A stretch of DNA of 64,000 nucleotides from Thermomicrobiales bacterium (GCA_049840815.1 JASGJI010000003.1:23503-87502); one strand, 5' to 3'. Counted from the stretch's first letter, positions 20,805 to 31,640 are shown. Numbers and translations are program-made. The notes: generated from the sequence alone by a model not told the origin.

Positions 20805-21644
20805 ATGACATCCAAGCATCGACGAGAGATCGGTAACTGGGGACTCATCAAGAACGAGATTGTTGAGAAGTACGCCAAGGCGTATACGACGATTCTTACT
20901 CACACTAATCAGGCGTGGGCAAAGACGATGTACGTTGATGTTTTTGCGGGAAGTCCAGAGAATGCGGTGAAGGGTACCGGTGAACTGGTGGCTGGAAGCG
21001 CAATGCGGGCGCTACAAGTCGTTCCTGCGTTTGATGAACTCTATTTTGTCGATCTCGATGACTCGAAGATAGACGATCTTGAGGTAATGGTGGCAGAACA
21101 TAGTGGTGCACGAGTGATTCATGGGGACGGGAATGACGTGCTTCGCGATAGAATTCTCCCACTGCTTGAACAGGATAGTAAGCGTCGAGCACTTATTCTG
21201 CTTGATCCGTATGGCATGGACGTAAGTTGGGATGTTGTGGAGCGGCTCGGAAAGTGCGGGCATGCGGAGATCATTCTGAATTTTCCGACGATGGATATCA
21301 ACCGTAATGCGTTGCGTCGTGATCCTGGGAAGATTCTGGAATCGGCCGAAGAAGAGATGACGCGGTGGTGGGGAGACGATACATGGAGATCTGGATTCTA
21401 TCGACAGTCTCCCCAGCTTACGCTGTTTGATGAGCCGAGGAGAGAGGAGAAGACAGTAAATAACGACGACGTTGTGATTGCGTATGTTGAGCGCCTTAGG
21501 GGTGTGGCGGGGTTTCGCTACGTATCTCGGCCATATCCGATGAGGAATGGTAAGAAGGCAACGATGTACTACCTCGTTCATGCGGGACCAAAGGAGGTGG
21601 GGAAGAGGATTTTTGACGACATCCAGATGAAGTATGGAGGATAG
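20805..21644 (+). CDS. tcmP: Three-Cys-motif partner protein TcmP (SAM-dependent methyltransferase-like fold)
   Basis: W..IK..I..KY..AY N-terminus, YVDVFAGS SAM-binding motif, GDGN, LLDPYG, YYLVH; adjacent to DUF5131. Confidence 0.85.
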   Translation: MTSKHRREIGNWGLIKNEIVEKYAKAYTTILTHTNQAWAKTMYVDVFAGSPENAVKGTGELVAGSAMRALQVVPAFDELYFVDLDDSKIDDLEVMVAEHSGARVIHGDGNDVLRDRILPLLEQDSKRRALILLDPYGMDVSWDVVERLGKCGHAEIILNFPTMDINRNALRRDPGKILESAEEEMTRWWGDDTWRSGFYRQSPQLTLFDEPRREEKTVNNDDVVIAYVERLRGVAGFRYVSRPYPMRNGKKATMYYLVHAGPKEVGKRIFDDIQMKYGG

Positions 21645-21650
21645 ATTAGC

Positions 21651-22382
21651 ATGTCGACTGGATCAAGCATCGAATGGACCGAGGCTACTTGGAATCCCAT
21701 CACTGGATGCACCAAGGTCAGCCAAGGGTGCAAGCACTGCTATGCGGAGCGAATGGCCAAGCGATTGCAGGCTATGGGGGCGCAGAACTATCGAAATGGC
21801 TTTAGTCTTACGCTACACCCTCATATGCTCGAGCTTCCGAAGGCGTGGAAGCGACCGCGTAAGATTTTTGTGAACTCTATGAGTGATATCTTCCATCCGG
21901 ACGTTCCAACTGAATTTATCTTGGAAATGTGGGACGTGATGCTTGCAGCTCCTCAGCATCAGTATCAGCTCCTTACGAAGCGGCCAGAACGACTTGCAGA
22001 GATTGAGTCTCTCGTCGCATGGGCTCCCCAAATCTGGATGGGGGTGACGGTGGAGTCGGCCCGTCATCTGGATCGGATAGACTTACTTCGAGGCTCGGGA
22101 GCGTTCGTTAAGTTCCTGTCTCTTGAGCCTCTTTTGGGGCCACTCCAGAGTATGGATCTTACAATGATCGATTGGGCAATTGTTGGGGGAGAGTCCGGTC
22201 CGAAAGCCCGGCCGCTCGAGTATGAGTGGGTGATCGATATTCGAGATCAGTGCCTTGCCCAGCAAGTCAGTTTCTTCTTCAAGCAGTGGGGCGGCGTAAG
22301 AAAGAAGTCGGCTGGCCGTCTGCTCGATGGCCGGACATGGGATGAAATGCCGAGACTCCAGACTCAACTGGTTCTTGTATAG
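21651..22382 (+). CDS. DUF5131 / phage Gp37-Gp68 family protein (Cx6Cx2C, radical-SAM-like)
   Basis: [62 protein letters not shown]. Confidence 0.93.
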   Translation: MSTGSSIEWTEATWNPITGCTKVSQGCKHCYAERMAKRLQAMGAQNYRNGFSLTLHPHMLELPKAWKRPRKIFVNSMSDIFHPDVPTEFILEMWDVMLAAPQHQYQLLTKRPERLAEIESLVAWAPQIWMGVTVESARHLDRIDLLRGSGAFVKFLSLEPLLGPLQSMDLTMIDWAIVGGESGPKARPLEYEWVIDIRDQCLAQQVSFFFKQWGGVRKKSAGRLLDGRTWDEMPRLQTQLVLV

Positions 22383-22628
22383 GGTTGAGTGGGATGGTCA
22401 ATGTTGATTCGGTGAATCTTGCCTCCATGCGTCGGGAGGATCCCCGTACGGTGTCAAGCCGGCAGGGGGAATTCCTGCGTCCTGATCAGGGCGGAGAGAA
22501 CGCCCGAATCGTATTCAGGACGGCGTGCCGCTTGCCTGAGTGCGGCAGACGGCGCGAACGGTGCTCCTTGCGAATCGCGTTGATGCTGATTCGCAAGAAG
22601 TGGTGAACCGTCTGGCGAGACGGGCCGC

Positions 22629-23312
22629 TCAGCCGGTGGTGTACCCGCGAATGGCCACATCCAGTTCGTAGACCTTGCCATCCGGATCGAGTGTCAGCAG
22701 GATTTCGAACTCTCCGGGAACGGTGCTGACACCCGCACTCCCGTAGGTATCCCACCCGACATCCTCGCTCATGATCGCGCTGGTGCCGAGGATCTTGATG
22801 TTGCCCAGGTCCGTCATGGAGGGCGCGTCCAGTACGGCATCGGGGGGCAGCAACCGCTTGGCGATGGCGAGGGCATCCTCCTGCGACCAGTTCTGGTCGT
22901 CGGATTCCTTCGCCTTGCCGGCCGCGATATCCTCCGGGCGATGTGACCACAGGCTGATCCAGACGGCGACTCCGTTCGTGAACGTGGCTTGCGTGCCGGG
23001 GCCGCATCCCTTCCATCGGTAGGCCTGGACCGAATCGGACGACCCGTCCGCGCCCTCGCCGTAGGTCGCGATCCAGGAATCCAGCGAGCCACCAAGCAGT
23101 CCGGCCAGGCGCTCCGTCCCTTCCTCGACGGTGGTGACGGGCGTTGCGGCAAATGGCGTGGCCGCGGCAGGCGTCGCAAGGACCAGCGGCAATGAGCACG
23201 GCGAGTTGGTGTTGCCCGAGCGTGTTGTCTGGGCTGTTCCGGCGACGGGCGTCACCACGGTCGTCATGGCCAGCAGGCCGGCGGCACAGAGCGTCACAAT
23301 CCGATGCTTCAC
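22629..23312 (-). CDS. Secreted hypothetical protein
   Basis: Signal peptide, ATP-repeat linker, GGAGG RBS; no family recognised. Confidence 0.65.
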   Translation of the reverse strand: MKHRIVTLCAAGLLAMTTVVTPVAGTAQTTRSGNTNSPCSLPLVLATPAAATPFAATPVTTVEEGTERLAGLLGGSLDSWIATYGEGADGSSDSVQAYRWKGCGPGTQATFTNGVAVWISLWSHRPEDIAAGKAKESDDQNWSQEDALAIAKRLLPPDAVLDAPSMTDLGNIKILGTSAIMSEDVGWDTYGSAGVSTVPGEFEILLTLDPDGKVYELDVAIRGYTTG

Positions 23313-23615
23313 AAGCACTATCCCTCCCAAGCGTCCGGTCATCGGCGTTCAGTCCTGCCATTGTCCGTGCTTGGAGGCTATGCGTCCAACGTACGGCAGA
23401 TGAGCGACGTTGGCAGGGCCTGGGGAATTGCACCACACGCACCAAGCACCTAGAATCGCCGAAGGTTCCGCGCACGGGCAGGCTGCCCCCAAGGGTGCAT
23501 CGGCAGCGTCGATGCGATTCGTGCGAGTCCCGCGCAGCGTTCACGGGTTTCTGCCGTCGTCGGCAAGCCGGGGATCGCGCTCACCCATATCCCATACCTC
23601 CAGGAAGGGGTTCCT

Positions 23616-25511
23616 ATGTCCCGCGAGTCCGCTCCTGTTCCCTCCGGTCCGATCCAGTCGCTCTATGATTCGTTTAAGGCGGGCGCGATCTCTCGCCGCC
23701 GCTTTGTCGAGGCAACCATCGGCCTTGGCGTCTCGGCGAGCGCGGCAGCCTTCCTGGCCCAGGGAGTCGCCGCCCAGGACGCGACCGCCGTTGCCTCTCC
23801 TGCGGCATCTCCCTCCGGCGCGATGCTGTCGGCTGTTGCCCCGTCCTCCGGCACCGAGGGGCAGACACGCGGCGGCGGTGGCGAACTGAAGCTGCTGCAG
23901 TGGCAGGCGCCGACCCAGATGAGCACCCACAACAGCAGTGGCGACAAGGACATCCTCGCCGCGCAACCGGTGCTCGAGCCGCTGATGCACTATTCCGCCG
24001 ACAGCCTGCTCATCCCGACGTTGCTTGCCGAAGTGCCATCCCAGGCCAATGGCGGGATCAATGCCGATTCCAGCGTTGTCACCTTCAAGTTGCTGCCCGG
24101 TGTGACCTGGAGCGACGGCGAACCGTTCACCTCCGCCGATGTCCAGTTCACCTGGCAGTGGATCATGGATGAGGCCAACGCCTCGACCTCGTCCGGCGTG
24201 TGGAACGCGATCAAGTCGATCGACACCCCGGATGACGCAACAGCGGTGGTGACCTTCAATAGCCCGACGCCCATCTGGTTCGTCCCCTTCACCGGCACCA
24301 GCATCGGCTGCATCTATCCAAAGCACATCCTCGATGGCAAGGGACAGGACGCGTCGGACGCCTTCCGCCTGAAGCCGATCGGCACCGGTCCATACCTCGT
24401 GGACTCCTTCTCCCCCAACGATTCCGCCACCTATGTCATCAACGACAAGTATCGCGAGCCGAACAAGCCGTGGTTCAGCAAGCTCAACCTGAAGGGTGGC
24501 GGTGATGCGGTTTCGGCCGCCCGCGCCGTCCTCCAGACCGGGGAGTACGACTTCGCGTGGTACACCCAGATCGAGCCGGAACTGCTGGGCAGCCTTCAGT
24601 CCGATAGCGGGCCGGGCAAGTTCGTCGTCTACCCCGGTGTTTACGCCGAACGCCTCCATCTCAACTTCTCCGATCCGGACACGGAAGTCGACGGCCAGCG
24701 CTCGCACGTTGGCACGCCGAACCCGCGTATCGGCGATCCGGCTGTCCGTGAGGCGATGGCCACGGCCATCGATCGCGATCTGATCGCGAAGCAGCTCTTC
24801 TTCGCCGACCAGGGCGAGGCGGCCAGCAACAGCCTCATCTCCGGCATCCCGGCCCTGAAGTCCCCGACGACTGCCACCGACTGGGAGTTCAACCCGGACA
24901 AGGCGAAGCAGATTCTGGACGACGCAGGCTGGAGCGGGGACAAGCGGTCGAAGGATGGCGTGGATCTCAAGATTACCTACGCCACGACGGTCAACCAGGT
25001 CCGCCAGAAGATCCAGGCCATCGTCAAGAAGGGCCTGGAAGATGTCGGCATCTCGGTCGAGCTGATGCAGATCGATGCCGGTGTCTACTTCGACAGCAGC
25101 GCCGGAAACGATCAGAACAGCCTGCACATGTACTACGACATGAACATGCACCAGCGTGGCGCGGGATCGCCGCTGCCGGTGAGCCTCATGGAAGACTGGT
25201 ATGCCGGGCCGAACAACGAGAATGTGGCCCAGAAGGCAAACGACTGGTCGAAGGGCAATGTCTACCGGTACGTGAACCCGGATTACGACAAGGTCTTCGA
25301 GCAGGCGAAGGTCGAAGTCGATGCCGAGAAACTGCGCCAGCTGCTGATCCAGCTGAACGATATCCTCATCACCGATCACGCGGTGATCCCGCTGGTGGAT
25401 GTCGGTGAGAAGTTCTCGATGGCGAAGTGGATCACCGAGGAGAACATCGGCTACGGCCCGTTCGAGCTGCTGTACTGGAACGTCGCCAACTGGACCGGCA
25501 CCCGCTCGTAG
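23616..25511 (+). CDS. Family-5 ABC substrate-binding protein, Tat-exported
   Basis: SRRRFV Tat motif, WSDGEPFT, PIGTGPY, C-terminal WNVANW. Confidence 0.93.
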   Translation: MSRESAPVPSGPIQSLYDSFKAGAISRRRFVEATIGLGVSASAAAFLAQGVAAQDATAVASPAASPSGAMLSAVAPSSGTEGQTRGGGGELKLLQWQAPTQMSTHNSSGDKDILAAQPVLEPLMHYSADSLLIPTLLAEVPSQANGGINADSSVVTFKLLPGVTWSDGEPFTSADVQFTWQWIMDEANASTSSGVWNAIKSIDTPDDATAVVTFNSPTPIWFVPFTGTSIGCIYPKHILDGKGQDASDAFRLKPIGTGPYLVDSFSPNDSATYVINDKYREPNKPWFSKLNLKGGGDAVSAARAVLQTGEYDFAWYTQIEPELLGSLQSDSGPGKFVVYPGVYAERLHLNFSDPDTEVDGQRSHVGTPNPRIGDPAVREAMATAIDRDLIAKQLFFADQGEAASNSLISGIPALKSPTTATDWEFNPDKAKQILDDAGWSGDKRSKDGVDLKITYATTVNQVRQKIQAIVKKGLEDVGISVELMQIDAGVYFDSSAGNDQNSLHMYYDMNMHQRGAGSPLPVSLMEDWYAGPNNENVAQKANDWSKGNVYRYVNPDYDKVFEQAKVEVDAEKLRQLLIQLNDILITDHAVIPLVDVGEKFSMAKWITEENIGYGPFELLYWNVANWTGTRS

Positions 25512-25551
25512 CAGGTCGCCGGCCGTCCCAGGTATCAGGCCGGATCGAGAA

Positions 25552-25589
25552 CGGAGAGGGGTCGGAGCGTCGGCTCCGGCCCCTCTCCG
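25552..25589 (+). terminator. Terminator-like hairpin
   Basis: CGGAGAGGGGTCGGAGC...GCTCCGGCCCCTCTCCG after the SBP stop. Confidence 0.65.
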
Positions 25590-25645
25590 CGTTCCTCGCC
25601 CAACCCGGCCTTCACGTCGCCGCCATTCACGGACAGGTCCCCCCT

Positions 25646-26179
25646 ATGCACTCTCTTCGCCTGGCGGATCTCTGGGTCATCGTGGTCGCGCTGCTGGCCG
25701 GCGGGGTGAATACCCTGCAACTCGCGCTCCTCACCGGCATCCGGAGCGAACGCGGGCCGCTCGGCGCGACGTGGATCTCCATGCTGGCATCGCTGGGCGG
25801 TATGGCGCTGCTGCTTGGCGGCGTGCTGCTGGCGAGCGGGAACGTCCGCCTGCCTTCGCCATTCACGCATTGGTGGGTCTTCGCGGGACTGGGGGCGGTC
25901 TTTGTGACGATGCTCGTTCTCGCCGGGCGGGGCCTGCCGCCATACCTGCTGGTGACGGGCGCGCTCTCCATTCCCTACCTGATCGCGGCGGCGTGGGCGG
26001 GACAGCGGATTGGCCTCGGGGTCTACCTGGCGGCGGTGGTGACCGGGCAGCTCTCGACCTCGGTGCTGCTGGATCACCTCGGGGCATTCGGCCTGACGCA
26101 ACGCGCGATCGATCCGCTGCGGGCACTCGGGGTGGTCGTGCTGATCGCCGGGGTGCTGCTCATCCGCGGGCGGGGATGA
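25646..26179 (+). CDS. DMT family (YdcZ/DUF606-like) membrane transporter
   Basis: Five TM helices; GQLSTSVLLDHLGAFG motif. Confidence 0.8.
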   Translation: MHSLRLADLWVIVVALLAGGVNTLQLALLTGIRSERGPLGATWISMLASLGGMALLLGGVLLASGNVRLPSPFTHWWVFAGLGAVFVTMLVLAGRGLPPYLLVTGALSIPYLIAAAWAGQRIGLGVYLAAVVTGQLSTSVLLDHLGAFGLTQRAIDPLRALGVVVLIAGVLLIRGRG

Positions 26180-26369
26180 GCCGGAGCGTCACGCCGCAGT
26201 GGCGTGACGTTATCCAACGCAGTTGTGAACGTCGGCTGGGGGATAGCCGGAAAATCCGGTGCGATGCCTCGTCGAGCGGGATCGGCGCTGCGTATGCTGC
26301 CTGCATGCGCCGCCGATCCCCTCTCGCATTCCCATGCGGCCACAGCCCTGATCCGGCCCAGGAGCGATC

Positions 26370-26768
26370 ATGCCATCATCTCCTCCCGCCATCATCCGCA
26401 CCGCCATCGCCCGCCAGCGCGGACTCGCCATGCACGGCTTCGTCTTCGCCGTCGTGGCAATCGACCTCCTCGCGCTGAATCTCATCACGAACCGGGACAC
26501 CCTGTGGTCGCTCTGGCCGATCGGCATCTGGGCCATCGTGCTGGCCACCCATGCCGGGGCAACGCTGGTCAAGCCGAGTGCGTTCGGGGCGCATCTGGCC
26601 GGAGGTGGCGCCATCTGCCTTGGGCTGGCGATCGTGAACATCTTCCACGGCGACGGCCCCTGGGTGATCTGGCCGACGCTCGCCTGGTTGCTCACGCTGG
26701 CGATCCACACCCCGTTCGCCTTCCCACATCTCGGCAATCGGGGCAGCCGGCGACGATCCGGCCACTGA
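26370..26768 (+). CDS. Membrane protein with tandem 2TM domains
   Basis: Two repeats of H...L..LN...W..WP...W...L..H; AGGAG RBS. Confidence 0.75.
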   Translation: MPSSPPAIIRTAIARQRGLAMHGFVFAVVAIDLLALNLITNRDTLWSLWPIGIWAIVLATHAGATLVKPSAFGAHLAGGGAICLGLAIVNIFHGDGPWVIWPTLAWLLTLAIHTPFAFPHLGNRGSRRRSGH

Positions 26769-26951
26769 CCCCCAGACAGACGGTTGCACGGATCGGGATT
26801 CTCCCTACAATCGACGGTGCGAACGACCGGTGCAGGCCAGTTGACCGCGCCCCAGGGACCACGCCGACCTTTTGCCATGCCTGCGAGCATACGGAACGCG
26901 CTCGCCGTTCGGGCATTGCCCGGAACACTCCCCCACGCCAGGACGATCACG

Positions 26952-28894
26952 ATGACTGCATCACAGCCGACGGACTCCCCACTCGCCCAGCTCTATGCTG
27001 CCTTCACCGAAGGGACGGTCTCCCGCCGCGCCTTCGTTCGTCGCGCCACGGCGATGGGGGTCAGCGCGACCACCGCGACGTTCCTCGCGAATGCCGGTGC
27101 CCAGGCCGCGACAGGCAAGGCATCCGGCAACGGGTTCGCCTTCACGGCCCAGACGGCGTCTCCGGAAGCATCTCCCGCCGCGTCGCCCGTGGCCGGCGGA
27201 GGCAACGGCGCACCCGACTTCGGTACCGCCAGGCAAACGCGAGGGGCAGGCGATGAATTGCGTCTCATCGTCTGGCAGGCACCGACCGTTGCCGCACCGC
27301 ACAGCGCCCTCAGCGACAAGGACTACCTCGCCGCCGCGCCGGTGATCGAGCCGCTGCTGCATTACCTGCCGGATGGCTCCCTGATCCCGAACCTCGTGGA
27401 GCAGGTGCCGAGCGTCGAGAATGGGCTTGCTGGCTGAGGATTTGACCAGCGCCACCTTCGTCTTCCTCGAGGGGCTGCTCTGGAGTGACGGCAAGCCAGT
27501 CACGGCAGACGACCTCATCTTCACCTGGAAATGGGTGACGACGCCGGAGAACAGCGCCACCTCCATCGCGCAGTGGAACGAAATCGCCGGGATCGAGGCG
27601 AAGGACGATCGCACCGCGGTGGTGACCTTCAAGAAAGCCGCCGCTACCTGGTTCGAGCCATTCGCCGGGAACTACAACGGTAACCTCTACCCGGCGCACG
27701 TCTTCGGTAATGACCCGAGCAACAAGAACGACGCCTTCCTGCTCGCGCCGATCGGCACCGGCCCCTACGTCGTCTCCGAGTTCAAGGCGAACGACGCCGC
27801 GCGGTATGCCATCAACGAGCACTACCGCGATCCGAACAAGCCCTACTTCAAGACGATCTACCTGAAGGGCGGCGGCGATCCGGCCTCGGCGGGCCGGGCC
27901 GTGCTGCAGACGGGCGAATTCGACTACGCCTGGAACCTGCAGGTGGAGCCGGAGATCATCACGGAGATGGCGACCGGCAGCCAGTACGGCGCGGTCTTCT
28001 CCGAGCCGGGCACGACCGTCGAGATGCTGAACTTCAACTTCTCCGACCCGCGCAAGGAGGTGGACGGGCAACGGTCGCAGAAGGACACGCCGCATCCGCT
28101 CTTCAGCCAGCTGGAGGTGCGGAAGGCCCTCAACCTCGCCGTGGATCGCGCGTTGATCGCGAAGCAGCTCTACAACACGGAGAGTGAGCCCCCGACCGCC
28201 AACATCCTGACCGGACTGGAGTCGTTCACCTCACCGAACACGACCTGGAGCTTCGACCTCGATGCGGCGAACGCCGTCCTGGACGAAGCCGGCTGGATGA
28301 AGGATGGCAAGACCCGCAGCAAGGATGGCGTGACGCTCTCCTTCGACTACTGGACCTCCATCACGCCGGTGCGCCAGAAGACGCAGGCGATCGTGAAGGC
28401 GGACTGGGAGAAACTGGGCGCGGCCGTGGAGCTGCAGCAGGTGGACGGGGCCATCTTCTTCGGCGGTGACGCCACGAACGAGCAGAACTTCTACCACATG
28501 TACTGGGATCTGGACATGTGGGCGAACTGGGCCATACTCCCCCCTGCCGATCTCCTGGATGGGGCGCTGGTACGCCGGGCCGAACGGCGAGAATATCGCC
28601 CAGAAGGAGAATGGCTGGGCAAAGGACAACACCCAACGCTACAACAACCCGGACTACGACGCACTCTACGAGCAACTGGTGAATACGCTGGATGCCCAGG
28701 AGGCGGCGAGCCTCCTGATCCGGATGAACGACATGCTGATCGCGGACGTGGTGGCGATCCCGATCGTGCAGCGGGCGTTCAGCACCTATGCCCTCTCGAA
28801 TCGCGTGCGGAACGAGAACCTGGCGAACGGTCCGAGCTTCGTGCTGCCGCTCTGGAACATCGCCAACTGGAACGCCCCGGACGACCAGTCCTGA
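26952..28894 (+). pseudogene. Family-5 ABC substrate-binding protein split by two single-base insertions (about 27423 and about 28527)
   Basis: Three ORF segments (26784-27437, 27421 onward, 28466-28894) join into a complete paralog: SRRAFV, WSDG, IGTGPY, WNIANW. Confidence 0.88.
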
Positions 28895-28912
28895 GTCACG
28901 ATCCCCCCGCAA

Positions 28913-28951
28913 CGCAGAAGCCTCCGACCAAGACGGTCGGAGGCTTCTGCG
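28913..28951. terminator. Bidirectional terminator hairpin
   Basis: CGCAGAAGCCTCCGACC-AAGAC-GGTCGGAGGCTTCTGCG between convergent genes. Confidence 0.75.
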
Positions 28952-28959
28952 CGTGCCGA

Positions 28960-29625
28960 TCACACGCCGGCACGCAGCAGGCGCTCGATGCCATCCAGGA
29001 TCATCTCCAACCCCAGGTCGAAGGTGGAACCGGCGTATTCCCGCTCCAGGTGCGGTTCGTCCATGTGGTAGCGCATGTGCTCGATCAACCACGGATAGTT
29101 GATGAACGGTGCTTCCTCGACCATCCGCGCGGCGAGCGGTTGCAGGTCCGCTCCACGCATGCCCATGCTGCCGATCCACAGACTGAATCCGATGATGTGA
29201 CTTTCCAGCACATGAAAAGCGTGGTGGGTGAGCTCGACGGAGCAACCCGCGCCGCGCAAGGTCCCAAGCACCCCATTCATCCACGCCAGACGGGCATCGC
29301 TGATCCGTCCCGGAAGCATCATCTGGGTCGCGGCCCAGGGATGCCGCTCCAACGCCTGATGGAGCGCGCAGGCGCGGGCGCGCAGGGTGTCTTGCCAGGG
29401 AAGACCGGGGGGCGGGGGGGCGATCTCAGCCATGACACGATCGAACGCGCCGAGGACAATGTCATCCTTGCCGCCCACGTGGTTATAGAGGGCCATGGCT
29501 TCCACACCGAGCGCCTGGCCCAGCCGACGCATGCTCATCGCCTCCAGTCCGTCGGCGTCGATCAGTGCAAGAGCGGCGGTCACGATCCGGTCGCGGGTGA
29601 GGGGAAGACGGTTCGATCTGATCAT
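28960..29625 (-). CDS. TetR family regulator (TetR_C-type)
   Basis: LTRDRIVTAAL...SMRRLGQALGVEAMALYNHV, HPW, FDLGLEMILDGI. Confidence 0.92.
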   Translation of the reverse strand: MIRSNRLPLTRDRIVTAALALIDADGLEAMSMRRLGQALGVEAMALYNHVGGKDDIVLGAFDRVMAEIAPPPPGLPWQDTLRARACALHQALERHPWAATQMMLPGRISDARLAWMNGVLGTLRGAGCSVELTHHAFHVLESHIIGFSLWIGSMGMRGADLQPLAARMVEEAPFINYPWLIEHMRYHMDEPHLEREYAGSTFDLGLEMILDGIERLLRAGV

Positions 29626-29640
29626 GCAGGCGAACACTCC

Positions 29641-29687
29641 TTGACGGATTTACGCTGTAAATATAGTATGGGATTTACAGCGTAAAT
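29641..29687. promoter_or_regulatory. Divergent promoter with twin palindromic TetR operators
   Basis: ATTTACGCTGTAAAT (29648-29662) and its exact reverse complement ATTTACAGCGTAAAT (29673-29687); TTGACG-17-TAGTAT on the + strand. Confidence 0.85.
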
Positions 29688-29743
29688 ATCCAGATGGGGT
29701 CATCCCCTTCGGCCTTACCGACGACCATTCAGGAGGTATCCGA

Positions 29744-30385
29744 ATGAATCTGCACGAAGCGCTCTATACCACGCGGGCCATGCGTCGCCTTCGTCCCGAC
29801 CCGATCCCGCTCGACGTGCAGGCACGCATTCTCGATGCGGCCATTCGTGCACCACATGTGGTCGAGCAGTGGCGGTTCCTGCTGATCGACGATCGCGACC
29901 TGATGGCCGAGCTCGCGGTGCTGTACCGCGCGGGCTCGGACCGCTTTCTCGCGCGGATGGGCATGACGCAGGAGGCGATGGTCGCGCTTCCGGGCGCGAT
30001 GGGCCGCGCTGGTCGGAGCGCGGCCTACCAGGTGGATCATTTCGCGGAGGTGCCATTGCTGCTGATCGGAGTCGACCGCACCAGCGACGGCTGCGGCATC
30101 TATCCCGCGCTCTGGAGCGCGATGCTGGCGGCACGAGCGGAGGGCATCGGCTCGACCATGACGACGATGCTCTCCAACGAGATGGGCGCAGAGGTTCGCG
30201 CATTGCTCGGCGTCCCCGAGGACGAGGGATGGGTGATGCACGGGGCCGTCCCGATGGGCTACCCGCTCGGACCATGGGGGTTGGCGAAACGGCAGCCGGT
30301 GGAGGCGGTCGTGCGGCGGAATGGCTGGCAGGGCGAGGCCGGGTTCAACGTGCCGGAGCCGCTCTGGACGCCGCAGCTGGACTGA
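29744..30385 (+). CDS. Nitroreductase family protein
   Basis: TTRAMRR, ILDAAIRAP, QWRF, LAARAEGIG, PMGYP; AGGAGG RBS. Confidence 0.9.
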   Translation: MNLHEALYTTRAMRRLRPDPIPLDVQARILDAAIRAPHVVEQWRFLLIDDRDLMAELAVLYRAGSDRFLARMGMTQEAMVALPGAMGRAGRSAAYQVDHFAEVPLLLIGVDRTSDGCGIYPALWSAMLAARAEGIGSTMTTMLSNEMGAEVRALLGVPEDEGWVMHGAVPMGYPLGPWGLAKRQPVEAVVRRNGWQGEAGFNVPEPLWTPQLD

Positions 30386-30399
30386 CCGTATCTCCCTCG

Positions 30400-30440
30400 A
30401 CGCACGCCACCCCCGGCAGACTGACAGGGGTGGCGTGCGT
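30400..30440. terminator. Bidirectional terminator hairpin
   Basis: ACGCACGCCACCCC...GGGGTGGCGTGCGT between convergent genes. Confidence 0.7.
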
Positions 30441-30461
30441 TTCAGATGTCCCGCTCGAGCA

Positions 30462-31526
30462 TCAGGCGACGACGTCCGAGGTGGAGATGAGTTCGGCGAA
30501 CGCGATCAGCACCTCCGCGTAGACGAGGTGGGAGAGTGCCGGGAATGTCTTGATGGTGCCGATCTGCCCGGCCTTCACGGCGGGCAACGTCTGATAGACA
30601 GCGCTGTCCGCGAAGACCTGGGGGTCCTCATAGATCCCGATCACGATCAGGTCCAGCGGGAAGGTCGGCAGCAACTCGACGCTGACGTCGTCCGACCACC
30701 ACTGCCCATCGCCCGGCCCCTCGACGATCGTGGCACCGAGTTCCTTCAGGTAGGCAAGATCGTTCATGCCAGCAGTCTTGCCGAAACTGACGGTGGAACC
30801 ATCCTCCGCCATGGAGAGACGGCCGATCTTGAGATCCGGGTTCGCGGCGATGGCGCGCTTCACGGTGTCCGCCGCATCGGTGAATGCCGTGACCGCCTGG
30901 TGCGCCTGCTCCGAATCGGCGCTCACACCAAGGGCGGTCGCCAGGTCCATCGTCCGCTGCAGGACCTCCGGCACGGAGCCGGTGTAGTCGAAGCCGAGCA
31001 GCGGGGCGAAGGTCTGCACATTCCTGGTTAGTTGCTGCTCGTTGCCGAAGCCGAAGAAGGAACTGGTGGGGGCATCGTACTCGGCGATCACCAGATCCGG
31101 ATCGAGCGCGACCAGCGCTTCCATGTCGATTTCCCAGGTGGTGGGGTCCGCCACCAGATACGTGACGCGCTCGACATCGACGCGGGCGTAGACTGTCGTG
31201 CGGTCCTCGTCCGACGGGGCCGCGCCGAGGCATCCAATCGCCTGAATCCCGAGATCCCAGAGCGCGAGCAGCATGCCGCTCGTCGCAACGATCCGTTTCG
31301 GAATCTCCGCGAGCTCGATCCCCTGTCCGGTCGCATCGGTGTACGTGAACGCGGCCGGGGCCTCGGCGGTCGGCGTCGACTGCGCCGCAACACCACCCGC
31401 ACCCAACGCCGCGACGGCGGCAGCAGCGGCCATGAACCCGCGCCGCGTCAGTGCCTGGACCAGCGCCTCTCGCTCCTCTGTCGTTACGTCAAGCTCTGCA
31501 TCCACGCGTTCGATCGTCCCAATCAC
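30462..31526 (-). CDS. Iron-siderophore/cobalamin-type ABC substrate-binding protein, Tat-exported
   Basis: TRRGFM Tat motif, PKRIVA, IDMEALVALDPDLVI, LPAVKAGQ; GTG start after GAGGA. Confidence 0.85.
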   Translation of the reverse strand: MIGTIERVDAELDVTTEEREALVQALTRRGFMAAAAAVAALGAGGVAAQSTPTAEAPAAFTYTDATGQGIELAEIPKRIVATSGMLLALWDLGIQAIGCLGAAPSDEDRTTVYARVDVERVTYLVADPTTWEIDMEALVALDPDLVIAEYDAPTSSFFGFGNEQQLTRNVQTFAPLLGFDYTGSVPEVLQRTMDLATALGVSADSEQAHQAVTAFTDAADTVKRAIAANPDLKIGRLSMAEDGSTVSFGKTAGMNDLAYLKELGATIVEGPGDGQWWSDDVSVELLPTFPLDLIVIGIYEDPQVFADSAVYQTLPAVKAGQIGTIKTFPALSHLVYAEVLIAFAELISTSDVVA

Positions 31527-31640
31527 GGCGTCCTCTTTCTCGCTCCAACGACAAGCAGTCTTCAACACTGCCCAAGAAGACCGAGTATACAGGTCGGGAT
31601 TGTGCCGTGGAAGGAGCGCGGGCGGCAGTGTCGTCGGGCA

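Noticed and set aside
27421-29685. 754-aa ORF as an SBP fusion protein
   Set aside because: After about 28527 it leaves the SBP frame and runs antisense through the TetR gene; it is a frameshift product
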